64,000 nucleotides of DNA, taken from a virus. Taxonomy: Duplodnaviria; Heunggongvirae; Uroviricota; Caudoviricetes. The translations under genes and the position numbers were made by a program. Under the pieces are notes generated by a model, which did not search any database, was not told the DNA's origin, and saw nothing but the letters and a program-made list of their open reading frames with translations. Numbering within the stretch: the first letter of the stretch is position 1; every line of letters begins with the position of its first letter. Positions 17,614-25,776 of the stretch are shown here, in pieces. The stretch covers positions 26,956-90,955 of IMG/VR virus record IMGVR_UViG_3300013104_000003; one strand, given 5' to 3'.

Positions 17614-18936
17614 TTAAGCTAAGATTTTACTTTCTTGCAACACATTACCATCCTTCCAAGACATTTTCAAGGGAATTAGTGAAGTAATTCCGAATTCTTC
17701 TCGAAAAGAGTCACCCATTGCATTCTCCAGAAAGCCCACATCAGACATTTTAACCACAAAACTGTCATGAATTGGTAGAATAGGCTTCATTGCATCCACA
17801 AATTTCTCAATTACTCGCTGAGCAAGGTATGAGTCAGCATTCTGGAGAGCCAAACCGAATGAATCGTTGCGGCAATAACATGGAATGAAGTCAGGAGTCA
17901 TGCTGTAAATGTGTTCACGAACCTTTTTACCTGTGTTCAGACTCTTATCAATCACCCAACCCTGTGTCTTGAACTTTGTAATCTCTTTATTTATGGCACG
18001 ATCAGCGCTGTCGGTTGTTTTTGAATTAAACAGAATGTTAATTGACAGCTTAATCAGTTCACGATGGTCATCATTCTGCAAACGTTCTGGTAGAATATCC
18101 ATATACACATCAAGTGGAAGATTCTCCATACTGATCTGTTCCATCAGGCTTGTAATTCTGTAGTGTAGATTAGAAAAGTCGATTTCCACAACCTGCTCAC
18201 CATTGATTGTGATATCAAGACGAGCTTTAGTTTTCTTATGTTTGATCTTCAGAGCGTCTGAATGGAAGTAACGACCACCATGTTCAAAGTCTTTATTGAA
18301 GATACGAGAATATATGTTGGTCATTACATTACCTTCACCATCTCGTATATTATGCAACTCATTAATCTTATTAAGCTTCTCTACAATCTTACGTGCATTC
18401 TTGATGTTCTTATTATCTTGATAGTCAATAGCTTTACCGTATTCATTACGAAGGATGATAGTTTGAAGGCTAGCATTGTAAGCCGCAATAGCACTCTGTA
18501 CTTCTTCATCCTTAGAGCAGAATTCAGCAATGAATAGTTCTGATGGTGTAATATAAGACATGATCCTCTTTTCCTTATCTACGTGACCTTTACCCACGAA
18601 GTTCTCAATGTAACCCAAGGCTTCTAAGGTGTCAATGCATTTCAACAGTCTTTGTGTTTGGATACCACGTCTGTTGTACTTTGTCTTGTTGGTACTATGA
18701 TTACCCTTATGTCTTGAGTACAGAAGCTTCTCTTGTCTCTTAACACAAGCAATAAGGTTCATAATCACTACACCACTAAGTTCCTTATCCTCTATCTTAG
18801 TGATAGGTCTAAGCTTATTAACAACAGATGTAGATAGATTAATGTTATATGTTAATAACCTACTCTTAAGGCTATACTCTTCTACTTCTTCTATCACTAT
18901 TCCACTCCTAGTCCCTCTTCTGTTCATATGGGGCAA
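17614..18936 (-). CDS. Minimal family-A (Pol I-like) polymerase-domain protein with no exonuclease domain
   Basis: 440 aa with the Pol-A motif set in the correct order and spacing. The pre-motif-A GRYFHSD (residues 221-227) matches TGRLSSSD. Motif A DFSNLHYRI (253-261) matches DYSQIELRI. The motif-B-like RAINKEITKF (312-322) matches the O-helix R...K...F. Motif C PIHDSFVV (388-395) matches VHDE of Pol I or HDSF of T7 RNAP. Confidence 0.7.
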   Translation of the reverse strand: MPHMNRRGTRSGIVIEEVEEYSLKSRLLTYNINLSTSVVNKLRPITKIEDKELSGVVIMNLIACVKRQEKLLYSRHKGNHSTNKTKYNRRGIQTQRLLKCIDTLEALGYIENFVGKGHVDKEKRIMSYITPSELFIAEFCSKDEEVQSAIAAYNASLQTIILRNEYGKAIDYQDNKNIKNARKIVEKLNKINELHNIRDGEGNVMTNIYSRIFNKDFEHGGRYFHSDALKIKHKKTKARLDITINGEQVVEIDFSNLHYRITSLMEQISMENLPLDVYMDILPERLQNDDHRELIKLSINILFNSKTTDSADRAINKEITKFKTQGWVIDKSLNTGKKVREHIYSMTPDFIPCYCRNDSFGLALQNADSYLAQRVIEKFVDAMKPILPIHDSFVVKMSDVGFLENAMGDSFREEFGITSLIPLKMSWKDGNVLQESKILA

Positions 18937-19215
18937 GATTTAACAAGAAAGTCAAGGAATACGCGGCCTGTAGCCCGATCCCATGACCAATTCTTTTGCA
19001 CTTAGCATCATAGAACCATAATCTCACACTTACCCTTCCAAACACAAGGTTGATTTCACTGTTTATTGAGTGGTTTCAGGAGATTTCACTACCTCATCTT
19101 CCAGTGCTTCCAGCACAAACTGTTCAACCTGTTTCCAAGCCTCATAGAAGTAGACGTCTTCTTGATCAACCACTTCTTTCATGTAAGCTAACATGTGTTT
19201 CTGTAATTCGTTCAT

Positions 19216-19244
19216 TTCTTACTCCAAATATAACGTTGTGTCAA
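19216..19244 (-). promoter_or_regulatory. Sigma70-like promoter TTGACA-N17-TAAGAA (minus strand)
   Basis: Reverse complement of 19239-19244 is TTGACA. Reverse complement of 19216-19221 is TAAGAA. Confidence 0.45.
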
Positions 19245-19362
19245 CCACAAACAGATAACACCAGAAATAAATCCTGCATAAAAGTCAATGTTCATTCTGC
19301 CTCTCCCTCTTTTAGCTTAATCTTCTGTCCCGTAGATGTGTCGATTATTTTGAATTTCTTTT

Positions 19363-19671
19363 TCATGCGATCCACTCCAGAAATATTTTCACAAAGTCTA
19401 GCACAACAAATTCGTCCCGATTTTTAGTGTAGACGTGTTCAATCAAATATACCCTTCCACTAGATTCTCCCGGCAAGCATACAATATCACCATTCAGTGG
19501 AATAACATCGCTCTGTGTGAAACAATAGAAATTTTCACTGACCATATCAGTATACATAATTTTATACATCTCTCTTCTCCCTAAATTTAATTGCACATTC
19601 TGCATGTTGCACACGAAATTTCCCGTTGTGTCTCTCGAAATGTCCAGCCCCTTTTTCACAGAAAAGACCAC
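19363..19671 (-). CDS. Hypothetical early protein
   Basis: 102-aa minus ORF. Confidence 0.45.
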   Translation of the reverse strand: MVFSVKKGLDISRDTTGNFVCNMQNVQLNLGRREMYKIMYTDMVSENFYCFTQSDVIPLNGDIVCLPGESSGRVYLIEHVYTKNRDEFVVLDFVKIFLEWIA

Positions 19672-19701
19672 AACGATAGCATATTCCGGGGTATTTGTTT
19701 C

Positions 19702-19890
19702 TCATTTTAACACAGTCTCAATAGTTACAATCTGCTTGACCTGATATCGTGTAATCCTCCAATCAGGATGCTCTTTCTCATTAGCATTTTCCCATGCTAG
19801 AACCGTTTCCCAGTCATTACACAACTTGAGTACACGCCCACCCGGATTGGAAATTTGATAAGTGATTTTTGTTTCAGTTTTCATGTCCAT
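19702..19890 (-). CDS. Hypothetical early protein (first gene of the leftward block)
   Basis: 62 aa, adjacent to the divergent control region. Confidence 0.45.
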   Translation of the reverse strand: MDMKTETKITYQISNPGGRVLKLCNDWETVLAWENANEKEHPDWRITRYQVKQIVTIETVLK

Positions 19891-19954
19891 CTCCTCATTG
19901 ATTTATTGACTATGTGCCCAAATCATAACCCACCCTCCAAAACAATGCAAACTA

Positions 19955-20000
19955 TTTTCTAGAAATTTTGTTAGCACGAGGGGAGAAATTTTGCAGAGAT
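19955..20000. repeat. Direct repeats AGAAATTTTG in the divergent intergenic region
   Basis: tagaaattttgtta at about 19960-19973 and gagaaattttgcag at about 19988-20001, between the divergent early and middle blocks. Confidence 0.4.
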
Positions 20001-20038
20001 TTTCTGAAGAGGGGGGTGATTATTTTTCAAATAATGTC

Positions 20039-20067
20039 TTGACGTGTTGGGATGAAGGGTGTATCGT
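20039..20067 (+). promoter_or_regulatory. Sigma70-like promoter TTGACG-N17-TATCGT (plus strand)
   Basis: TTGACG at 20039-20044 and TATCGT at 20062-20067, upstream of the first plus-strand gene. Confidence 0.45.
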
Positions 20068-20364
20068 TCACTTCATCGGAGACACAACGTCTCTATTTTC
20101 AACGTAAATGAGGATCTAGAGATGGCTGATTTATTGAGAATGGATTTTATCAACAACCTTCCACAGCCTTTGTGGGTGAGGTTGTGGGGACGAACATCTT
20201 TCGATTGGCCTTTGTATGAGATTTGTGTTGAGACAGGATTGATGAGAATTGATGTTTGTGGTAAGTTGGATAATCTACATATCAGCGATGTTGCACAATT
20301 TAAAGATGATCACGGAAACATCTACGATAGAGATGTTTTCTACTCGGATTATGAAGAAGCTTGA
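20059..20364 (+). CDS. Hypothetical protein
   Basis: 101 aa, first gene of the rightward block. Confidence 0.5.
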   Translation: MYRSLHRRHNVSIFNVNEDLEMADLLRMDFINNLPQPLWVRLWGRTSFDWPLYEICVETGLMRIDVCGKLDNLHISDVAQFKDDHGNIYDRDVFYSDYEEA

Positions 20365-20472
20365 CAACCCCACATATCTGACATATTCTCTGACACAGAT
20401 GTATAGAGAGATGTGTGTATAAATACACCACATAAATGTGCTGCGTAGATGGATAATTGATAGGAGATTGAG

Positions 20473-20742
20473 ATGAATTTGCACAACAAGATTATGAACA
20501 TTCCCATTGCGAATGATTTTGATTATGCTGACTTTCCTAATAAAGTCTATGCATACAAATCTGGTCACAGAGACGCACGACATGCCGCTGCTGAATTGTC
20601 TCTGAAATCTGAAGCTCGGATTGAGGAGCTTGAAGATGCTCTGCGTAAAGCTCAAGAAGATATTCGTTGGATGCTGAATTCTCAGCAATTTTTGAATGGA
20701 TTTGTTTTTGATTACATTGATAAAGTATTGGAGAATAAGTGA
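20473..20742 (+). CDS. Hypothetical protein
   Basis: 89 aa. RBS-like aggagattgag lies upstream. Confidence 0.5.
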   Translation: MNLHNKIMNIPIANDFDYADFPNKVYAYKSGHRDARHAAAELSLKSEARIEELEDALRKAQEDIRWMLNSQQFLNGFVFDYIDKVLENK

Positions 20743-21191
20743 TGAAAGACGGAACCAAAGTAAAAGTTGTTAGCTACCTCACAGGTCATGATTTTCGTAT
20801 TGGTCAAATTGTAACAAGAGAATCTTCGGAGTGGGATTATGAATATAAAGATTCTCTTGGCTTTGCTGGAGATGATGGACAAGTGTGGTACATGCAGCCG
20901 GATGAGTATGAGATTGTTGACGCTGAACCAAAATTAGGTCGCATTGAAGAGCTAGAAGCTGAAGTTGACAAACTCAAACGGGACATAAAAGATATCGAAC
21001 GTGAATATCTGAATGCTGACATCTGCTGGAACGCTGTGCTAGATTATGTCTTGAACAAAGGCTACATGGAATCTCCAATGGAATTCCTACGCTGCTGGAA
21101 TCAAGGAAACTTTGAAGCATTGCGTGAAGAATGGCCGGATGCACCAGAAGAGATTTATTTGGCTGATCCATTGTATAAGGGGAAGAAATAA
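20739..21191 (+). CDS. Hypothetical protein (KOW/SH3-like N-terminus, coiled-coil)
   Basis: 150 aa with ATGA overlap upstream. Confidence 0.5.
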   Translation: MMKDGTKVKVVSYLTGHDFRIGQIVTRESSEWDYEYKDSLGFAGDDGQVWYMQPDEYEIVDAEPKLGRIEELEAEVDKLKRDIKDIEREYLNADICWNAVLDYVLNKGYMESPMEFLRCWNQGNFEALREEWPDAPEEIYLADPLYKGKK

Positions 21192-21598
21192 TGGCTAATC
21201 TAGGAGGCTGGAAACCAAAGCTTGAATGGAAGAAAGAGGGTAAAAACTTTCTTGTGTCCGTGACTAAACACATTGGATATGATGGTGAGAACAAATGGTG
21301 TGTCTATTTGTATGTCTACCCAAAACATCCAGCTTTTGCACGATTCAATCGAGATGGCTCGATGTGGGATCAACCTCACTTTGACTGTCACAGTTATGTA
21401 AGTTATTTCAATGCTCATATTGCTTTTAAGACAGGTGAAGTGTGCAGCTATCAGCTTGGTTGGGATTACAACCACGATGGTGACCATTATTATTCAACGA
21501 TTGATAGCGCAGAGGATGCTGGTAGTATCTTTTGGGATGCAGAGAATCTATTTAAGCAAGCGCAAGAATGGGCTGAAGAAGTAGAAAATGCTGACTAA
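21191..21598 (+). CDS. Hypothetical protein
   Basis: 135 aa, His/Trp-rich. Confidence 0.5.
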   Translation: MANLGGWKPKLEWKKEGKNFLVSVTKHIGYDGENKWCVYLYVYPKHPAFARFNRDGSMWDQPHFDCHSYVSYFNAHIAFKTGEVCSYQLGWDYNHDGDHYYSTIDSAEDAGSIFWDAENLFKQAQEWAEEVENAD

Positions 21599-21812
21599 TT
21601 TACAATTTGAGCAATATTCCCTTGACATTCTCTACGATCTAGTTGAAGGTGATTTCTACGCCTCTGACAGACTAGATTGGGAATGTATTGGAGGTCAGTG
21701 GACAGATTCTGACGATTTAGTTCTTGACATGAGCAGTGAAGAAGTGGAGAATGAGAGTGGGCTTTTTGAGAAATACATAAATGAATTGATAAAGAAGGAG
21801 TTGTTGAAATGA
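21588..21812 (+). CDS. Small highly acidic protein
   Basis: 74 aa, D/E-rich. Confidence 0.45.
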   Translation: MLTNLQFEQYSLDILYDLVEGDFYASDRLDWECIGGQWTDSDDLVLDMSSEEVENESGLFEKYINELIKKELLK

Positions 21813-22909
21813 CACAATACAAATCAGAAATTAAAAAGCTGCAAAATCTTGTATCAGATTCTGTTTGGGAAATCCTCAAAGAATGTAATGCGATTATTGC
21901 TGGTGGTGCCATCACTTCTGTATTTTGTAATCGGGAAGTGAATGATGTGGATGTTTATCTTCGTAATGAAGATGACTTTGCACTCTTCATTGATTTGGTA
22001 TTTGAAGGCGACTTCTGTTTGATCGCCAACAACCTCACCAATCGTTCTGTACTCTTTAGAGACAAAGAGACAGGACAACATGTACAATTGATTGTTTATA
22101 AATTCTTTCAAGATATTCCAAGTCTCTTCAAAGATTACGACTTCACCTGTAATATGGGTGCGCTTGAGTTTGTTGAAAACGATCAAGGCGAAAAGCAACC
22201 TAACCTTGTACTGCACGAAAAGTTTATGAAGCATAACAGCCAACGTTATCTTGAATTCAACGAAGGAACAGCTTATCCTTTGATTAGTGCTTTGCGTGTT
22301 CAGAAGTATGTTGATAAAGGTTACATGTGCCCTAAAGCTCAGTTCCTGCGTATTCTTCTGGCAGTAAACAAGAAGAATATTGATTCTTGGGAAAAGCTTA
22401 AAGATGAAATTGGTGGTATGTATGGTCTGAACATGGATGAAATCTTTAATGAAAAGGAAGAGTTTAGTCTAGAATCTGCACTTGACACCTTGAACGAGAT
22501 TGAGTCTGATAATGCCTTTGTGACATTTGACAAGACGATTACTAAAGATATGATCCTTGATCAAATTGCCCTCAAGGGCTGTGACACATCTTCCCGTATC
22601 TCTTGTGAAGGTAAGAACTTCAAGTGGGTTCATGAAAATGAGGATGGAACTCTTGAAAGTATTTACCGGGGAGAGTTTAAATATGTAGTGGGAGAAACTG
22701 TCAACGGTGGGAAGAATGGTATTTATTTCTCGTCTGGTTGGGATATTCTGACTTCTTGTTATGCGGGAGAAGGTGGTATTATTGAACTAGAAGGTGGGCA
22801 TGCAACTAAACTTCATGGGTATTCTTGGGAAGACACCACACTGAAGGGTGATGTGAAAGTTGTTGATAAATATAGTCGAATTGAATTTATCAGGAAGTAC
22901 ACTAAATGA
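21809..22909 (+). CDS. Nucleotidyltransferase-fold (Pol-beta-like minimal NTase) protein of unknown function
   Basis: 366 aa. The N-terminal IIAGGAITSVFCNREVNDVDVYL fits the hG[GS]-x(9-13)-[DE]h[DE]h NTase signature. Confidence 0.5.
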   Translation: MTQYKSEIKKLQNLVSDSVWEILKECNAIIAGGAITSVFCNREVNDVDVYLRNEDDFALFIDLVFEGDFCLIANNLTNRSVLFRDKETGQHVQLIVYKFFQDIPSLFKDYDFTCNMGALEFVENDQGEKQPNLVLHEKFMKHNSQRYLEFNEGTAYPLISALRVQKYVDKGYMCPKAQFLRILLAVNKKNIDSWEKLKDEIGGMYGLNMDEIFNEKEEFSLESALDTLNEIESDNAFVTFDKTITKDMILDQIALKGCDTSSRISCEGKNFKWVHENEDGTLESIYRGEFKYVVGETVNGGKNGIYFSSGWDILTSCYAGEGGIIELEGGHATKLHGYSWEDTTLKGDVKVVDKYSRIEFIRKYTK

Positions 22910-23118
22910 ACAACCATTCCATGGAAATCTACAAAGGCATTATTCAATCCTACGCCGATCTTTCTTTGCTGGCTTTGTACACGTTGCAAGAGCTACTAGA
23001 GGGAGAGATTAAGATGAGGCAAGAGAGTTTTGTTAAAGTTGCAGATAAATCTGCTGATGAGGAAATTGTTGGGAAAGGAATTGAGAAGAAATCACATTTG
23101 AGTTTGGTGAAGGGATGA
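22906..23118 (+). CDS. Hypothetical protein
   Basis: 70 aa with ATGA overlap. Confidence 0.45.
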   Translation: MNNHSMEIYKGIIQSYADLSLLALYTLQELLEGEIKMRQESFVKVADKSADEEIVGKGIEKKSHLSLVKG

Positions 23119-23121
23119 GGT

Positions 23122-23316
23122 ATGGAAGACTGCATTGTGAAATATTATCTCAAACATGAGCTTCTTGGTGAGAAAGAAGTATCTAAAGAGGAGTTCATCA
23201 AAGCTGAGCGTGCAGTGGGGTTTCGCCCTAAATCTGGTAATCCCGATGATTGTGCAACAGGCGGATTTAGCGGAAATGGCTTGAATGGAAAGGTGAGGTA
23301 TATTGATAATGAATGA
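23122..23316 (+). CDS. Hypothetical protein
   Basis: 64 aa. Confidence 0.45.
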   Translation: MEDCIVKYYLKHELLGEKEVSKEEFIKAERAVGFRPKSGNPDDCATGGFSGNGLNGKVRYIDNE

Positions 23317-23464
23317 CGAATTACCAAGTTTTGATATGCAATTCAACAAAGATGGCACTTACGGTGTATATCGAATTCTTTACGCATCCGAACTAGATTT
23401 TCACTGGGTTGCAACATTTAAGTGGAAAGAAGATGCCGAGGAATACATGGAGAATAATAAATGA
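23309..23464 (+). CDS. Small hypothetical protein (51 aa)
   Basis: ATG at 23309. Its stop overlaps the start of the next gene. Below the ORF-track cutoff. Confidence 0.35.
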   Translation: MNDELPSFDMQFNKDGTYGVYRILYASELDFHWVATFKWKEDAEEYMENNK

Positions 23465-23667
23465 GCACTCTTAAGAATGGACTAAAAGAAACCAAGGTTA
23501 TTTATGAACTTGTTCCAGATCAGATTAAAGTGCTGATTGCAAATGATTTGGATGTACCTGTTGAGAAAGTCAGTGTACACTACGTTATTCAAGAAGTTGG
23601 TGGTGATCCTTTGGACCGTTACCGTGGAACTGATACTGTGACTAAAATTATGGTGACTGTGAAATGA
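23461..23667 (+). CDS. Hypothetical protein
   Basis: 68 aa. Confidence 0.45.
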   Translation: MSTLKNGLKETKVIYELVPDQIKVLIANDLDVPVEKVSVHYVIQEVGGDPLDRYRGTDTVTKIMVTVK

Positions 23668-23885
23668 GTACAATCAATATCTGTAAAAACTTTCGTATGT
23701 ACAGCCCTGAAGAGTTGCGTTCTAAAGCGTACTCTGGTATTATTGAGGCGAACGGCTATGACTTAACTGATTTTCTTGAGTATATCTTCACGGGATATGA
23801 AGAACAATTTGAACGTAATTTGAAAGAAAAGCTTAGTCAGGCGAGAGAAGATTGGGAAAGCAATTGGGATGATGATTTTAAGTAG
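23664..23885 (+). CDS. Hypothetical protein
   Basis: 73 aa. Confidence 0.45.
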   Translation: MSTINICKNFRMYSPEELRSKAYSGIIEANGYDLTDFLEYIFTGYEEQFERNLKEKLSQAREDWESNWDDDFK

Positions 23886-23888
23886 GAG

Positions 23889-25766
23889 TTGGGGATGAGT
23901 AATATTCGGACAGTAATTGAACATTATGCTGGTGAGTCACAAGGTGATAAAGTATGCTGTCCTATTCATGGGGAATCTACACCGAGCCTCCACATTTATG
24001 ATGAAGGACAAAGTTGGCATTGCTTCGGAAGTTGTGGAGAAGGCGGGGATGCTATTGAATTCATCCGTAAAATAGACGAATGTTCTTTTAAAGAAGCTGT
24101 TTCTAAGATGGCTGAGATTCTAGATATTCAGGAGGGAGAGGTTAGGAAAATGCTAGAAGAGAAGAAAGAAAAGACAACAGATAAACCGGTTGTTGGTAAC
24201 GCTGCACCTATGGATATGAATGAAGTAAAAGAACTTATTCAATCTACTGGATATGCGAGCAATGGATATCGTGGTATTCGTGATGAAATTAATAAGTTCT
24301 TTGGTCATTTGTCCAAATTGGATGAATACGGAAATGTTATTGCTCGATACTACCCAGAAACTAATAATGATGGTAAGTTGACAGGTTATAAATGTCGCAA
24401 CCATCCTAAAGACTTTAGCTTTGGTAAAGTTGGATCAACTGGCAATAAAAGTCAGTTGAGTGGTCAGGTTAAATTCAAATCACCTTCCAAATATGTTCTC
24501 TATGTTGGTGGTGAAGAGGATAAAGCAGCAGCCTATCAAATGCTTAAGGATAACCGTAAGGATCAGGAATTTGATTCTATTCCTGTCGTAAGTCCAACAT
24601 CTGGTGAAGGCAGTGCTGCAAAACAGGCTGCTATGCAATATGACTGGTTTGACCAATACGATATTATTGTTATTGGGATGGATCAAGATGAGGCTGGTAT
24701 TAAGGCAGCTAAAGAAATTGCAAACGTATTACCTAAAGAAAAGATTCGAATCGCTACATGGTCGGGCAAAGATCCAAATGATATGTTGATGGATGGTAAA
24801 GAAAAACAATTTGTGCGTGATTTCTACAATGCTAAAGAATTCATCAGTAGCGGTATTTCGTCTTCTGGTGATGCTGAAGCTGGTTTGGCTGAGTTCTTGA
24901 CAGCACCAAAGATTGGTCTACCTCCTCAACTGAGTAAACTTGAAGCTGCAATGCGTGGTGGTATTAAATCTACTGGCTCTGTTGTGAATATCATCGGTGA
25001 CACGAGTATTGGTAAGAGCTTTCTTTCTGACACTTTGATCTATCACTGGTTGTTTAATAGTCCTCGTGTTCCAACTATTGTGAGTCTTGAACGTACCAAA
25101 GAAGAGTTGACAATTGATTTGCTGTCTATGCATCTTAAGAAAAACCTGATGTGGTTCACAGATGGTCATGATGCTGTTGATTATTTGAACCAGCCTGAAG
25201 TACAGATATTGAAAAATAATCTTCTCTACAATGAAGCTGGTGAACCTCGCTTCTTTATCATTGATGAGCGAGAAGGGGAGATTGAACTTCTCAAGCGTCA
25301 GATGGAGAAAAGTGGTAAAGTAAATGATTCAAGGTTGATGGTGATTGATCCACTCACTGACTTCTTGCGCTCTCTTGGTACAGAGGTTCAAGAAAACTTT
25401 ATGATGTGGCAGAAGCTGCAAAAGAAGAATGGTTTTGTTTTCATTAATATTCTTCACACCCGTAAGCCACCAACTGATAAAGATGGTAATGTACGTAAAG
25501 TAACCGAATATGATGCGTTAGGATCCGGGACATTTATTCAGTCAGCAGACGTGAACATTGTGATCAATCGTGATAAGATGGCTTCAGATCCAATTGAGAA
25601 GAATACCACCTACGTTGACATGCCTAAGTGTCGTGGAGGTATCACTGGTGAAATTTGTGCGTTATACTATGACGCTGAAACTCGTCAGCAGTATGATCGT
25701 GATGAATATTTTGACCGTAAAGTAGAAGATCCACCGCAACACCACATAGATGAAATTGATTTTTAG
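23889..25766 (+). CDS. Bifunctional DNA primase-helicase (T7 gp4-like)
   Basis: 625 aa. The N-terminal zinc-binding primase motif is CPIHGESTPSLHIY...HCFGSCGEGGD. A TOPRIM-like middle is followed by a RecA/DnaB-like helicase C-terminal half. Confidence 0.8.
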   Translation: MGMSNIRTVIEHYAGESQGDKVCCPIHGESTPSLHIYDEGQSWHCFGSCGEGGDAIEFIRKIDECSFKEAVSKMAEILDIQEGEVRKMLEEKKEKTTDKPVVGNAAPMDMNEVKELIQSTGYASNGYRGIRDEINKFFGHLSKLDEYGNVIARYYPETNNDGKLTGYKCRNHPKDFSFGKVGSTGNKSQLSGQVKFKSPSKYVLYVGGEEDKAAAYQMLKDNRKDQEFDSIPVVSPTSGEGSAAKQAAMQYDWFDQYDIIVIGMDQDEAGIKAAKEIANVLPKEKIRIATWSGKDPNDMLMDGKEKQFVRDFYNAKEFISSGISSSGDAEAGLAEFLTAPKIGLPPQLSKLEAAMRGGIKSTGSVVNIIGDTSIGKSFLSDTLIYHWLFNSPRVPTIVSLERTKEELTIDLLSMHLKKNLMWFTDGHDAVDYLNQPEVQILKNNLLYNEAGEPRFFIIDEREGEIELLKRQMEKSGKVNDSRLMVIDPLTDFLRSLGTEVQENFMMWQKLQKKNGFVFINILHTRKPPTDKDGNVRKVTEYDALGSGTFIQSADVNIVINRDKMASDPIEKNTTYVDMPKCRGGITGEICALYYDAETRQQYDRDEYFDRKVEDPPQHHIDEIDF

Positions 25767-25776
25767 GAGATAATTT

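Noticed and set aside
17614-18936. Definitive call of the 440-aa protein as a T7-like single-subunit RNA polymerase
   Set aside because: Motif C (HDSF) is RNAP-like, but motif A (DFSNLHYRI) and the pre-motif-A GRxxxSD are Pol I-like. The protein is less than half the size of known ssRNAPs. Early genes carry sigma70-like promoters. It is kept as an open possibility in the finding and not asserted.
19050-19427. 125-aa plus-strand ORF
   Set aside because: Proline/serine/leucine-rich low-complexity product, antisense to the early block. Minus-strand small ORFs fit better.
20418-20425. TATAAATA box resembling a T4 late promoter
   Set aside because: Single occurrence upstream of a middle gene. 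No recurrence upstream of structural genes in the window, so it is not supported as a promoter class.
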